34,349 nt of DNA from Granulicella sp. (GTDB taxonomy: Bacteria; Acidobacteriota; Terriglobia; Terriglobales; Acidobacteriaceae), in the NCBI GenBank assembly GCA_027339965.1, contig DAHWNL010000045.1, positions 1 to 34,349 of the forward strand. Reading direction: 5' to 3'. Numbering within the stretch: the stretch's first letter is position 1; each line of letters starts with the position of its first letter. The position numbers were made by a program, and so were the translations under genes. Below, piece by piece: positions 18,405 to 27,355 of this stretch. The notes under the pieces are model-generated. The model was not told where the DNA came from, made no database searches, and worked only from the letters and a program-made list of their open reading frames with translations.

Positions 18405-19862
18405 ATGGCAGGTGAACAGAGGATGTCTTTGCAGAGGTTGACGCTTGCCGAAGCTCGCTCGGCGGTGGTGGAGGGCCGAGTGTCAGCCGTGGCGCTAGCT
18501 GAGCAGCACCTGGAGCGAATTGCGGCGGTTGATGGCGAGATCCACAGCTTCCTGAAGGTGACCCGGGAACGGGCGCTGGTCCAGGCCGAGAAGGTGGATG
18601 CGGCTGTCCGGGCCGGTGAGGCGTTGGGGCCGCTGGCCGGAGTGCCGGTTGGGATCAAGGATGTGTTGACCACCCGGGGAGTGGAGACGACGGCCGGATC
18701 AAAGATTCTCTCCGGCTACCATCCGCCCTATGACGCGACCGCGGTGGCCCGGCTAGAAGCCGCCGGCGCGGTTGTCCTGGGCAAGTTGAACTGCGATGAG
18801 TTTGCCATGGGTTCGTCGAATGAGAACTCGGCTTATGGGCCGGTGAAGAATCCCAGGGCGATGGACCGGGTGCCGGGAGGGAGTTCGGGCGGATCGGCGG
18901 CTGCGGTAGCGGCCGGGCTGTGCGTGGCCAGTCTGGGCACGGATACCGGTGGATCGATCCGGCAGCCGGCGGCGTTCTGCGGCGTGGTGGGGGTGTTGCC
19001 CACCTATGGGCGTGTCAGCCGCTATGGTTTGATCGCCTTTGCCTCGTCGCTGGACAGGGTAGGGCCTTTTGCGCGTTCGGTGGAGGATGCGGCCACGGTG
19101 CTGGAGGTGATGTCCGGACCGGATGAGTTGGATGCCACAGCGAGTTCGCATCCAGTGGCCAATTACGCAGCGGAGACTCGCAAAGGGCTGGAGGGTCTGC
19201 GGATTGGAGTGCCGGAGGAGTACTTCGGTGACGGATTGCATGGCGAGATTCGCGCGGCGATTGAGAGGGTGCTGGATGGGCTGAGAAGATCCGGTTGCTC
19301 GCTGCACAAGGTGAGCCTGCCGCACACGCGCTACGCAGTGCCTACTTACTATGTGCTGGCCACGGCGGAGGCCGGCTCAAATCTATCCCGCTACGACGGG
19401 GTGAGATTTGGGCTGCGCAGCAAAGATGCCGCGACGCTGGCCGCGATGTTCCGCAATACCCGCGACGAAGGGTTTGGCGCCGAGGTGAAGCGCCGGATCC
19501 TGCTGGGAACCTATGTGCTTTCCGCCGGTTACTACGACGCATACTACAAGAAGGCGCAACAGGTGCGCTCGCTGTTGGCCCAGGACTTTGTGCAGGCCTT
19601 TGCCGGCGTGGATGCCATCGTCGCTCCCGTGACACCCACTGCGGCATTCAAGCTGGGAGAAAAGACGAGCGATCCACTGCAGATGTATCTGGAGGATATC
19701 TATACCGTCTCGGCCAGCCTGGCGGGGATCTGCGGCTTGAGTGTGCCATGCGGCGAGACCTCGGATGGTCTGCCCATTGGAGTGCAGGTGCTGGGCAAGT
19801 ACTTTGATGAAGAGACCATGCTGCGGGTGGGAGCTGGAGTGGAGCGGAATCAGAAGGGTTGA
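18405..19862 (+). CDS. gatA: Amidotransferase subunit A (alternative start 18423)
   Basis: GIKD, GKLNCDEFAMGSSNE, PGGSSGGSA, GTDTGGSIRQPA, SRYGLIAFASSLD, EVKRRILLGTYVLSAGYYDAYY. Confidence 0.98.
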   Translation: MAGEQRMSLQRLTLAEARSAVVEGRVSAVALAEQHLERIAAVDGEIHSFLKVTRERALVQAEKVDAAVRAGEALGPLAGVPVGIKDVLTTRGVETTAGSKILSGYHPPYDATAVARLEAAGAVVLGKLNCDEFAMGSSNENSAYGPVKNPRAMDRVPGGSSGGSAAAVAAGLCVASLGTDTGGSIRQPAAFCGVVGVLPTYGRVSRYGLIAFASSLDRVGPFARSVEDAATVLEVMSGPDELDATASSHPVANYAAETRKGLEGLRIGVPEEYFGDGLHGEIRAAIERVLDGLRRSGCSLHKVSLPHTRYAVPTYYVLATAEAGSNLSRYDGVRFGLRSKDAATLAAMFRNTRDEGFGAEVKRRILLGTYVLSAGYYDAYYKKAQQVRSLLAQDFVQAFAGVDAIVAPVTPTAAFKLGEKTSDPLQMYLEDIYTVSASLAGICGLSVPCGETSDGLPIGVQVLGKYFDEETMLRVGAGVERNQKG

Positions 19863-19887
19863 GGAGGCGGAGATCCGCTCTCCGGCC

Positions 19888-20520
19888 TCACAGGGGGCGA
19901 TAGTAGAGGGTTGATGGATCTGCGCAGCTCAAGCAGAGACACTCGCCGTCGCGCTCAATGAAGCGATCGAAGCTGACGCCTTCGCCGCAACGCGCGCACA
20001 GAACGCGCCGGCCTCTGTAGCCAGGAAACTCGGACTCCGGCAGAGAGACGCGGACCCAGTCGTAGCGGAAGAGTTCCTGGTCGGGGAGCTCACGGTAGGC
20101 TTTCATCTGCTGAGCGTTTTTGTCCAGATCCGGGTAGAGATCGCTGGCGCGGGCCTTGGAGCTCTCCAGCGCGACCACGCGCAGAGCCTTGTAGTCGTCT
20201 GCCTCCAGCTTCGCGTTGAGGTCGATGAAGGTGGCCGCCATCTTGCCCAGGTCGCGATGCTTGAGCGCACGCTTGCCCAGGCGGCAGCCAGTGACGACGC
20301 CGATGGCGTCGCTGGCGCAGCGATCGATCTCGATGAAGGTGACCAGACGCTTGCGGTCCGGATTCAAAGAACCGTCGCGCAGCAGACGGGAGCGTGGATC
20401 TGAGATGCCGAGATTTTGCAGGGCCAGCATGGCCATGCGCACGCCGAGCACCTGGCCTGCGCAGAGGTGGCCGTGGGCGATCTCGGCTTCGTGGAGTAGA
20501 GAGTCGAGGGAGTGGGCCAT
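19888..20520 (-). CDS. FmdE-family (formylmethanofuran dehydrogenase subunit E-like) metal-binding protein with a C-terminal Zn finger
   Basis: HGHLCAGQVLGVRM, EIDRCASDAI, TGCRLGKR, CARCGE...CLSC. TACACT lies 7 nt before ATG 20520. Confidence 0.88.
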   Translation of the reverse strand: MAHSLDSLLHEAEIAHGHLCAGQVLGVRMAMLALQNLGISDPRSRLLRDGSLNPDRKRLVTFIEIDRCASDAIGVVTGCRLGKRALKHRDLGKMAATFIDLNAKLEADDYKALRVVALESSKARASDLYPDLDKNAQQMKAYRELPDQELFRYDWVRVSLPESEFPGYRGRRVLCARCGEGVSFDRFIERDGECLCLSCADPSTLYYRPL

Positions 20521-20549
20521 AGAGCCGAGTGTAGAGGAATGTGCCGGCC

Positions 20550-20589
20550 GGTGCGCGTCAAAATTGAAAGGTGCGCGCCAAAATTCAAA
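20550..20589. repeat. Tandem 20-bp direct repeat in the fmdE/mscS divergent promoter region
   Basis: GGTGCGCGTCAAAATTGAAA followed by GGTGCGCGCCAAAATTCAAA (2 mismatches). Confidence 0.85.
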
Positions 20590-20702
20590 TTTGATTCTCG
20601 CCAACCGCCGCCGAGGATCCGCCGGGGCCTGGTGCATAGTCGCAGAGGCGGGGATGGGCATGGGCCGATTTCTGCGCCCAAGGGAATGAAATCAGGCAGT
20701 TT

Positions 20703-21893
20703 GTGTCGGGCAGGGGGCGTTGGCAACGGATCTTTGACGGACACCTCCGGAGACGGAGAAAACGAAAGCGCGCCGGCCGCGCATCCCACCCACAGTGGTA
20801 CACGGAGGAAAGGCCCATTCTTTCATTCATTGAGCAGCACTCTCGCCAACTGGCATGGTCGGGCGGAATTCTGGCCGCGGCTGTCGCCATATCTCTCATC
20901 GTCCGTGCGCTCCTCTTCCGGTTGTTGAACGAGCTGGTGCGCCGCAAAGGCTCCGTGCTGGGAGAGTCTCTGGTGCGACACTGCCGAAGACCGTCGCGCT
21001 GGATCTTTCCCACTCTTACTGTTTTGGCCATCCTGCCTGGTTTTCCGCTGCCGCCTGCGCTGATGACGGTGATAGAGCACATCGCAGGGCTCGGCCTGGT
21101 TGCGGCCTGCGCATGGCTGGCGATCCTGTTCATTGAGGTCATGTCCGACGTGATCCTTGGCCACTACCGGATTGATGTGGTTGACAATTTTGTAGCCCGC
21201 AGGATACGAACTCAGTATCAGATGCTCCGCCGCCTGGCCGTCACGCTGGTAGTAGTGGTGGCCCTGTCCATCGGACTGATGACCTTTCCCTCCATCAAGC
21301 ACATTGGCATGAGCATTCTGGCTTCTGCGGGGCTGGCCAGCCTGGTGGTGGGTTTGGCGATGAAAGGAACGCTGTCCAACCTGATTGCTGGAGTCCAGAT
21401 CGCCTTTGCGCAGCCCTTTCGCGTGGAAGACGCGGTGGTGATCGATGGCGAGTGGGGATGGATTGAAGAGATTGGAATGATGTACGTGGTGGTGCGCATC
21501 TGGGATCTGCGCCGGTTGGTGATTCCGCTGTCCTACTTCCTGGACAACTCTTTTCAGAACTGGACGCGCAGCAGCGCGGATCTGCTGGCCCACTGCTTTC
21601 TCTATACCGATTACACGGTTCCCGTGGACGAGCTGCGCGCCGAGTTGCGCAGGATTTGCGAGTCAACGCCACTCTGGAACAAAAAGGTGTGCGTGCTGCA
21701 GGTCACCGATGCGGACCACAGCGTACTGCAACTGCGCGCGCTGATGGACGCGCGCAATTCGAGCGAGGCGTGGGATCTGCGCTGCTATGTGCGGGAAAAG
21801 CTGGTGGACTTTTTGCAGAGGAATCACCCCTGCAGCCTGCCTCGCTACCGGGCGGATATTGAAAACGGGATGTTGAGTTCACCGTCTGCCTGA
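20703..21893 (+). CDS. MscS-family mechanosensitive channel; true start possibly ATT at 20817
   Basis: Several TM helices, SILASAGLASLVVGLA, NLIAGVQIAFAQPFRVED, EWGWIEEI, WDLRRLVIP, WDLRCYVREKL. Confidence 0.92.
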   Translation: MSGRGRWQRIFDGHLRRRRKRKRAGRASHPQWYTEERPILSFIEQHSRQLAWSGGILAAAVAISLIVRALLFRLLNELVRRKGSVLGESLVRHCRRPSRWIFPTLTVLAILPGFPLPPALMTVIEHIAGLGLVAACAWLAILFIEVMSDVILGHYRIDVVDNFVARRIRTQYQMLRRLAVTLVVVVALSIGLMTFPSIKHIGMSILASAGLASLVVGLAMKGTLSNLIAGVQIAFAQPFRVEDAVVIDGEWGWIEEIGMMYVVVRIWDLRRLVIPLSYFLDNSFQNWTRSSADLLAHCFLYTDYTVPVDELRAELRRICESTPLWNKKVCVLQVTDADHSVLQLRALMDARNSSEAWDLRCYVREKLVDFLQRNHPCSLPRYRADIENGMLSSPSA

Positions 21894-22043
21894 AGATCGC
21901 TCTTCTCGGCGAGGCGATTCGAAGAGTCCGAGAACACCTGGGCATCCGGTGAACCCACATCTCGAAGAGCCCGAGATATGGGGAAACTCCTTCGGCGGAA
22001 GCCGGGCGGAGGGTTCGGCGATTGGTTGGGAATCTGTTGATCG

Positions 22044-22075
22044 AAAAAAAGACCCAGGAAGACCGGGTCTTTTTC
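22044..22075. terminator. Bidirectional intrinsic terminator between convergent mscS and bactofilin genes
   Basis: A7-GACCC, loop, GGGTC-T5. Confidence 0.8.
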
Positions 22076-22109
22076 TTGAGGGAGTTTGCAAACGACAGCG
22101 GGTTGGGAA

Positions 22110-22607
22110 TCAGCCCTCTTTCTTCTCCGCCTCGGCTGGGGCTGGAGCGCTCGTTTTGGGCTCGGCTCCGGGTTTGCGGATGTCGATACCTCCTTTGAAG
22201 AAGGCGCCGTCCTCGATGGAGATCCGGGCTGCAATGACATCGCCGGTCAGAGAGCCTTCGCTGCGGATATCCACGCGGTCAGAGGCTTGGCAGTTACCGC
22301 GAACTTTGCCCAGGACCACAATCTCGCGAGCGCTGATGTTGGCCGCGACCTGACCATTGCGTCCGATGGTCACGCGGTTGCCGGGCAGGTTGATGGAGCC
22401 CTCCACCTTGCCATCTACGTACAGCGATTCGGAGCCGGTGACCTCGCCCTTGACGACCAGGCTCTTGCCGATGGTGGCTTGCTCGCTGTTGGGGATGGCT
22501 CCGGCGGCGGGGGAGCGGGTATCAAATGCCGGTGTCGCGGCGGGAGGAGTTGGACGAGCGGGTTCGGGAGCAGGCGGCGTCGCGGCTGGCTGGTTAGGTT
22601 TCCACAT
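22110..22607 (-). CDS. Bactofilin (polymer-forming cytoskeletal protein, CcmA family)
   Basis: TIGKSLVVKGEVTG..LYVDGKVEG...GDVIAARISIEDGAFFKGGI; Pro-rich N-terminal tail. Confidence 0.93.
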   Translation of the reverse strand: MWKPNQPAATPPAPEPARPTPPAATPAFDTRSPAAGAIPNSEQATIGKSLVVKGEVTGSESLYVDGKVEGSINLPGNRVTIGRNGQVAANISAREIVVLGKVRGNCQASDRVDIRSEGSLTGDVIAARISIEDGAFFKGGIDIRKPGAEPKTSAPAPAEAEKKEG

Positions 22608-23034
22608 AGAGATCTTGTATTCCTTTCCTGGGAGGAGAGTTGGTCGCAGGTTAGTTGCTGTTATCGCGCCGATGCGTAATGAGATTCAGACGGGTGTGTT
22701 CGCGTTGGCTCCCGTGTTGAGTTCAAGATACTACTTTGCACCCGGTGGGTATCGGTGGAGTTCGCACAGGCTGCGCCTTGGGAGTTACCCCCCCCTCAGC
22801 CTGGTTTCATCAGCGGATGGGAACGGAGCGAGTGGTTTGGCGGTGGCAGATCTGCTGGCGAGGGTCAGATTGGCTAGGCAGCGTGGGGGAGCGGAGTCCT
22901 GCGAAAAAGCGTTGCCGCTGGTTCGTTAGGGTACGCCGGTCTGCGGGTGAGTGCCTTGGGGAAGAGGAACTGGGGGCGCTCCCACGGGCCGGCGCAATGA
23001 GGAGCACCAGTTGCGGGCAGCCCATTCAGGAGGG

Positions 23035-23769
23035 TTATGGGTCGGTGTTGTCGTTCTCCTCAATGAGTGAGACCGTGCCGACTACATCGTAGGTGACCGG
23101 CTGGCCTCCACTGAGTTGGAGGGTCGCGCGCATGGGGCTGCGCTGCCAGATAACCGGTGCACAGATAGGTTCAGAGATGGGATGGGCCGCGGAGGGCTGA
23201 GGCCAGGGAGCAAGCAGCTTGGCGACGATGGGCCGGCGCGCGCCAAGCTGGGCGACAACGGCCACCACTCCTTTCTTGCCGGTTGTGCTGATGCCGCAGT
23301 AGGCTGCATCGTCACGGAACCAGCGGACATCAGAGACAAGGGGGTCGAAGTCCGGCAGATGCAGCGCGCTGATGTGCCCGCTGAGGCGATCTACCATGAG
23401 CCAAGGGCCGGGCTGCCATGTCCAGTGAACCGGTTCCGAGGGCAGCGAATCATTGATGCGCAGGGCCCGGCGAATGACGAAGGTGCGGTCCGTGACGTCG
23501 TGTACCTCGCCCATGGTCCACTCCCGGCGCAAGCCGTCAACGTTCAGGGGCCGGATGCGCAGCGTACCGGCGGAGGCGCTGACTTCCGGCTGCAAGGTGG
23601 TCTGGGCCGGGACGGCTTGGGGAGGGATGTAGGAGACGATGCGAGCCGGTCCGAGGGTAACCAAGTGAACTTTGGGCCCAGCCGCCCAGGCTGAGGGGAC
23701 CAAGGCGAGGGCGAGTAGAAAGCAGAGAGCGGACACGAGGGGCACGGAAGCCAGGCAGAGGATCCTCAT
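23035..23769 (-). CDS. Exported hypothetical protein
   Basis: Signal peptide ending SAWA. Trp-rich globular sequence (WTWQPGPWLMVDR, WFRDDAAYCG). TGnTAACCT lies 6 nt before the ATG. Confidence 0.75.
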   Translation of the reverse strand: MRILCLASVPLVSALCFLLALALVPSAWAAGPKVHLVTLGPARIVSYIPPQAVPAQTTLQPEVSASAGTLRIRPLNVDGLRREWTMGEVHDVTDRTFVIRRALRINDSLPSEPVHWTWQPGPWLMVDRLSGHISALHLPDFDPLVSDVRWFRDDAAYCGISTTGKKGVVAVVAQLGARRPIVAKLLAPWPQPSAAHPISEPICAPVIWQRSPMRATLQLSGGQPVTYDVVGTVSLIEENDNTDP

Positions 23770-23930
23770 GGCAGAAGGTTAGCAGAGGCTTTCTGAGATC
23801 GGGGACAAACGACGGCGGCTCAATTGGTGGCCGGCTTTTCGGAGCAAAGTCCAGAGATAGATGGACTTGCGCCGAACGACGGGTTGGACCGCTTGGCCGT
23901 TTTCCTGCGTTAGAGTAGCCTTGAGAGTGG

Positions 23931-24803
23931 ATGAAAACGCAGCTTCTCTCGCCCCATGCCAGGCTCGGGACCATGGCAGGCACGCTTCTCGCAGCCGTTC
24001 TCTTTTCAATACTCAACGGGTTTGCCGGTCTGGGCGTATTGTCAGCCGTCGCGCAGTCCAGCGCCGCGCCGGACGCACCTGCGGGCCAGGCAGCGCCTGC
24101 GGCTCCGGCCGCGCAAACTCCGGACGCTCTGCCCGACGCGCCCTCCACCATCGCGCACGACCTTCCACCCGCGGTTCCAACCGGACCTACGGCCGTGCTG
24201 GACTCCTCCATGGGGCGGATGACCTGCAAGCTCTTTGATAAGCAGGCTCCCTTGACGGTAGCCAACTTCGTTGGGTTAGCCACAGGGAGCAAGACCTGGA
24301 CGGATCCGGTGACTTCGTTGCGGGTAACCGGGGTGCCCTTTTACGACGGGACCATCTTTCACCGCGTCATTCCCGGGTTTATGATTCAGGGTGGCGATCG
24401 CCTGGGTACCGGGGCGGGCGACGCCGGCTACTATGTTCAGGATGAGATCACGCCTGCCTTGCGCTTTGACGTGCCGGGACGGCTGGCCATGGCCAACTCT
24501 GGGTCTGGAACAGATGGAAGTCAGTTCTTCATCACCGAAGCGGCTCATCCCGAGCTGGACGGAAATTACACCATCTTTGGGCAGTGCGATGCAGCCTCTG
24601 TTGAGGTGGTGAAGAAGATTGCGCGCGTGGATCGTGATGAGCAGGACAAGCCTCTTACGCCAGTGGTGCTGAACAAGGTCACCATTGTCTCGCCGGGGGC
24701 GCCTCTTCCACCTTTGCCGCCAGCCTCCGGCACCACGACATCGACCTCTGCGGGAACGAGCCATGGATCGCAGGAGCCGCAGCTCATCCCGCGCCAACAT
24801 TAG
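23931..24803 (+). CDS. Cyclophilin-type peptidyl-prolyl isomerase, exported
   Basis: Signal peptide, APLTVANFVGLA, FYDGTIFHRVIPGFMIQGGD, LAMANSG, GSQFFIT. Confidence 0.95.
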   Translation: MKTQLLSPHARLGTMAGTLLAAVLFSILNGFAGLGVLSAVAQSSAAPDAPAGQAAPAAPAAQTPDALPDAPSTIAHDLPPAVPTGPTAVLDSSMGRMTCKLFDKQAPLTVANFVGLATGSKTWTDPVTSLRVTGVPFYDGTIFHRVIPGFMIQGGDRLGTGAGDAGYYVQDEITPALRFDVPGRLAMANSGSGTDGSQFFITEAAHPELDGNYTIFGQCDAASVEVVKKIARVDRDEQDKPLTPVVLNKVTIVSPGAPLPPLPPASGTTTSTSAGTSHGSQEPQLIPRQH

Positions 24804-24942
24804 CTCTTCACGAGCTGCCGCGCGGTCTCTTCAGGAGATATCTTGGGCGTCTTCCCGGATATTCCTATCCTTCCCGCCGAGAGTGTTTGCTTCTCTTGAC
24901 GGACATCCAACGAAACAAAACAGTCACGACAAAGGAGATGCA

Positions 24943-25449
24943 ATGCCAACTACCGCAACCTTCAAGACCTCCGAAGGTATGATTGTATGTAAACTCTTCG
25001 AAGCAGACGCGCCCGAGACGGTGGCGAACTTCATTGGTCTGGCCGAAGGCTCCAAGGAGTGGAGCTCCCGCGCCAAGAAGGGTCCAAAGCTCTATGATGG
25101 AACCGTCTTCCACCGTGTCATTCCCGAGTTCATGATCCAAGGCGGGGACCCGGAGGGCACGGGCATGGGTGGTCCGGGATACAACTTTGCCGATGAAACC
25201 AAGGGCAGTCCTCACGACTTCAAGAGGCCGGGCAAGCTGGCTATGGCCAACGCAGGCCCAAACACCAATGGCAGCCAGTTTTTCATTACGGTGACCGATA
25301 CGAGCTGGCTGACGGGAAAGCATACGATCTTCGGCGAAGTCATTGAGGGATACGAGGTGGTGGAGAAGATCAGCAAAGTTCCACGCGGGGCCATGGATCG
25401 GCCGAAGACCCCGGTTGTGCTGGAGAGCGTCACCATCCACCGCAGCTAG
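24943..25449 (+). CDS. Cyclophilin-type peptidyl-prolyl isomerase, cytoplasmic
   Basis: AAGGAG RBS, YDGTVFHRVIPEFMIQGGDP, LAMANAGPNTNGSQFFIT, WLTGKHTIFG. Confidence 0.96.
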   Translation: MPTTATFKTSEGMIVCKLFEADAPETVANFIGLAEGSKEWSSRAKKGPKLYDGTVFHRVIPEFMIQGGDPEGTGMGGPGYNFADETKGSPHDFKRPGKLAMANAGPNTNGSQFFITVTDTSWLTGKHTIFGEVIEGYEVVEKISKVPRGAMDRPKTPVVLESVTIHRS

Positions 25450-26686
25450 CCCAACTTCCGCAGTTGAAGTGATAAGTTCTTTGCTTTCGGCGCGGATACA
25501 GTAAAGTCTTCACTACACGTTCGCAAATTCGATGCAGGATGGCATTTCCAGCCCGAGCCGCTGGAGCAAGATAGCTTGCCGTTGGGTTGGCCGGCTGACG
25601 CAGCGTCTGCGGATCGAGATGCGGGATCGGGAGGGCAGCACCACATCGACCAGGCGGATCTGTTGGAGTTCAGCGAAGATGCTGCGCGGTTCGTCTCCAA
25701 GGCCGGCATCCTGGCACCAGCGGCCCAGCGTTTTCCACAGCATGCAGGTGAGAAAGCAAACCAGGATGTGGGCCTGTACGCGACGTCCAAGATGATGCCA
25801 GACGGGACGCAGCGCCAGATCGCTTTTGCGGAGGCGAAACGCAGCTTCGGCCTCGGTCAGTGGCATAGAGGCGCGCCAGGGTTCTTCGCCGCTCCAGTCA
25901 GTGACGTTGCTGCGCAGCAGATAACAGCCCTCGCTGAGGCGCGCCCAATCGCGCCAGTCGTCGCACTGACTCCACTGCAGATGAGCACCGCCACGAGCGT
26001 CGGTGTGGATATGCACTTGAAAGAGGCCGGCGGCGCGGCTGTTGCGTCCGAGCAGCTTGCCCAGCCATTGCGCCACCAGCAGCGGATCGTGCTTGCGCAC
26101 ACGCCAACTGGCGGCCATCTGCCGGAGCTTTTGTTCCATGCGCTGCTCGAAGCGAGCATGCATGTCCGCCTCTTTCAAACCTCGCTCGGCGCTGCGGCAG
26201 CGGATGAAGACCTCCGTATCATCGGGGGCTGCGCACAACCTCACTTCCAGGCCGGCATGAACCTGGCTCCAACTCTCCTCGAGCAGCTGCCGTTCGAACT
26301 TGCGCAACATGCTGCGGGGCGTGCCCAGGATGTAGCGCCATCCGCCTTTCTTGAGAAACTCAACATCTTCGGCTGAGACCATGCCACGATCCATCACCCA
26401 GATGCGGCTGGCGCAGCCGTACGTATCTTCCATCACTGTGACGATCTCTTCGACCGTAGTTACATCACCGCGGTTGCCGGCGAACACTTTGTAGCCCAAC
26501 GGAAGCCCGCCGCGGCTCACCACCAAGGCTATGTTAACCTGCTTGCAGTCAGGCCGGACAGCTTGTTGCACTCCGGCGCGGCCCCGCTCATCCAGTTCGC
26601 CCAGATACGCCACCACGCGTTGCCGCGAACCGCGCGCCATCCGATAGGACTCGACCAATGCGCAAGCTACTTCTGCGGAAGTTGGG
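25450..26686 (-). mobile_element. IS1634-family element, internally deleted derivative (1237 bp)
   Basis: Perfect 14-bp terminal inverted repeats CCCAACTTCCGCAG (25450-25463) and CTGCGGAAGTTGGG (26673-26686), flanked by CTAG and CTAA. Confidence 0.9.
25513..26658 (-). pseudogene. IS1634-family DDE transposase, truncated
   Basis: LVESYR..RQRVVAYLGELD is fused directly to RPDCKQV..LPLGYKVFAGN; VMDRGM, EAAFRLRKSDLALRPVWH and VQAHILVCFL are present. The 5' start region and the first catalytic Asp region appear to be missing. Confidence 0.85.
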
Positions 26687-26699
26687 CTAACAGCCTCTC

Positions 26700-26811
26700 T
26701 CGCATGTCCAGTGTTGATGGGTGTCCCGAAGAGGGCTTACAGTGGCGTTTTCATTGGGAAAACGCTCATAGAAGTCGAAGCATTGAGTACACCCACATTG
26801 AAACTGCTTCA
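26700..26811. mobile_element. MITE-like palindromic element, degenerate copy
   Basis: Nested stems CAGTG/CATTG, TGGGTGT/ACACCCA and GCGTTTTC/GAAAACGC. Homologous in inverted orientation to 34259-34349. Confidence 0.65.
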
Positions 26812-27040
26812 GCATAGACAGCGCTGCCCCGGAGGCCCATCTTGTGCTGAAGGACGAGGCGCGTGAGACTCGACACATGCGGCGGGGAAATAGGACAGTG
26901 CGAGCGGTCCGCGGGGAGCTGAGTGGAAAGTAGGAGATGAGCGGCACGAGCGTGGCGGAGGTTTGCCAGGCATGTGGGCTACGCGTTGGGCAGCAATAGT
27001 CTAGTTTAAGGAACAAAGACACAATATATCAGGCGTTTAT

Positions 27041-27076
27041 TTGAAATACAGCAATAAAACCTTATATATTAGGTTT
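27041..27076 (+). promoter_or_regulatory. hipBA promoter with an autoregulatory palindromic operator
   Basis: TTGAAA (27041) and TATATT (27065). Palindrome AAACCT-N8-AGGTTT (27057-27076) covers the -10 and abuts ATG 27077. Confidence 0.75.
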
Positions 27077-27355
27077 ATGCTTCCGTTGATCATCATAGGT
27101 GAACGCATTGCCGCCAAGCGCAAGGAGCTGGGGTTGACCCAATCTCAGCTTGCACAAAAAGCCAAAGTCGGGCTCTCGACGCTGGATGCGTTCGAAAACG
27201 CGCGCTTGGGCGAGCTCGGCTATTCGAAGATCACCAACATTTTGACAACGCTGGGACTGGAGCTCCGGCTGCAAGAGATGAGCAGACGGCGACCGACATT
27301 CGAAGAACTCATGGAGGAGGGACGCGATGATCAGGGTCTGGACCGACGCCGCTGA
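27077..27355 (+). CDS. hipB: HipB-like XRE HTH antitoxin/regulator
   Basis: IGERIAAKRKELGLTQSQLAQKAKVGLSTLDAFEN..LGLEL; overlaps the hipA start. Confidence 0.88.
   Translation: MLPLIIIGERIAAKRKELGLTQSQLAQKAKVGLSTLDAFENARLGELGYSKITNILTTLGLELRLQEMSRRRPTFEELMEEGRDDQGLDRRR

Noticed and set aside
19888..20520. Methanogenesis or C1 pathway implied by fmdE
   Set aside because: Stand-alone FmdE-family genes are widespread in bacteria and no other fmd/fwd genes are present.
20823..21593. 256-aa minus-strand ORF
   Set aside because: Antisense shadow of mscS.
22086..22929. Plus-strand ORFs over the bactofilin gene
   Set aside because: Antisense shadows; no motifs.
24685..24942. N-terminal extension of the second cyclophilin
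   Set aside because: Overlaps the first gene; a strong RBS supports ATG 24943.
25576..26376. 266-aa plus-strand ORF in IS1634
   Set aside because: Antisense to the transposase.
26705..26730. TGTCCAGTG as a Tn7/Mu-type transposon end
   Set aside because: It lies inside the self-complementary MITE-like element; no repeated transposase-binding sites or tns genes.
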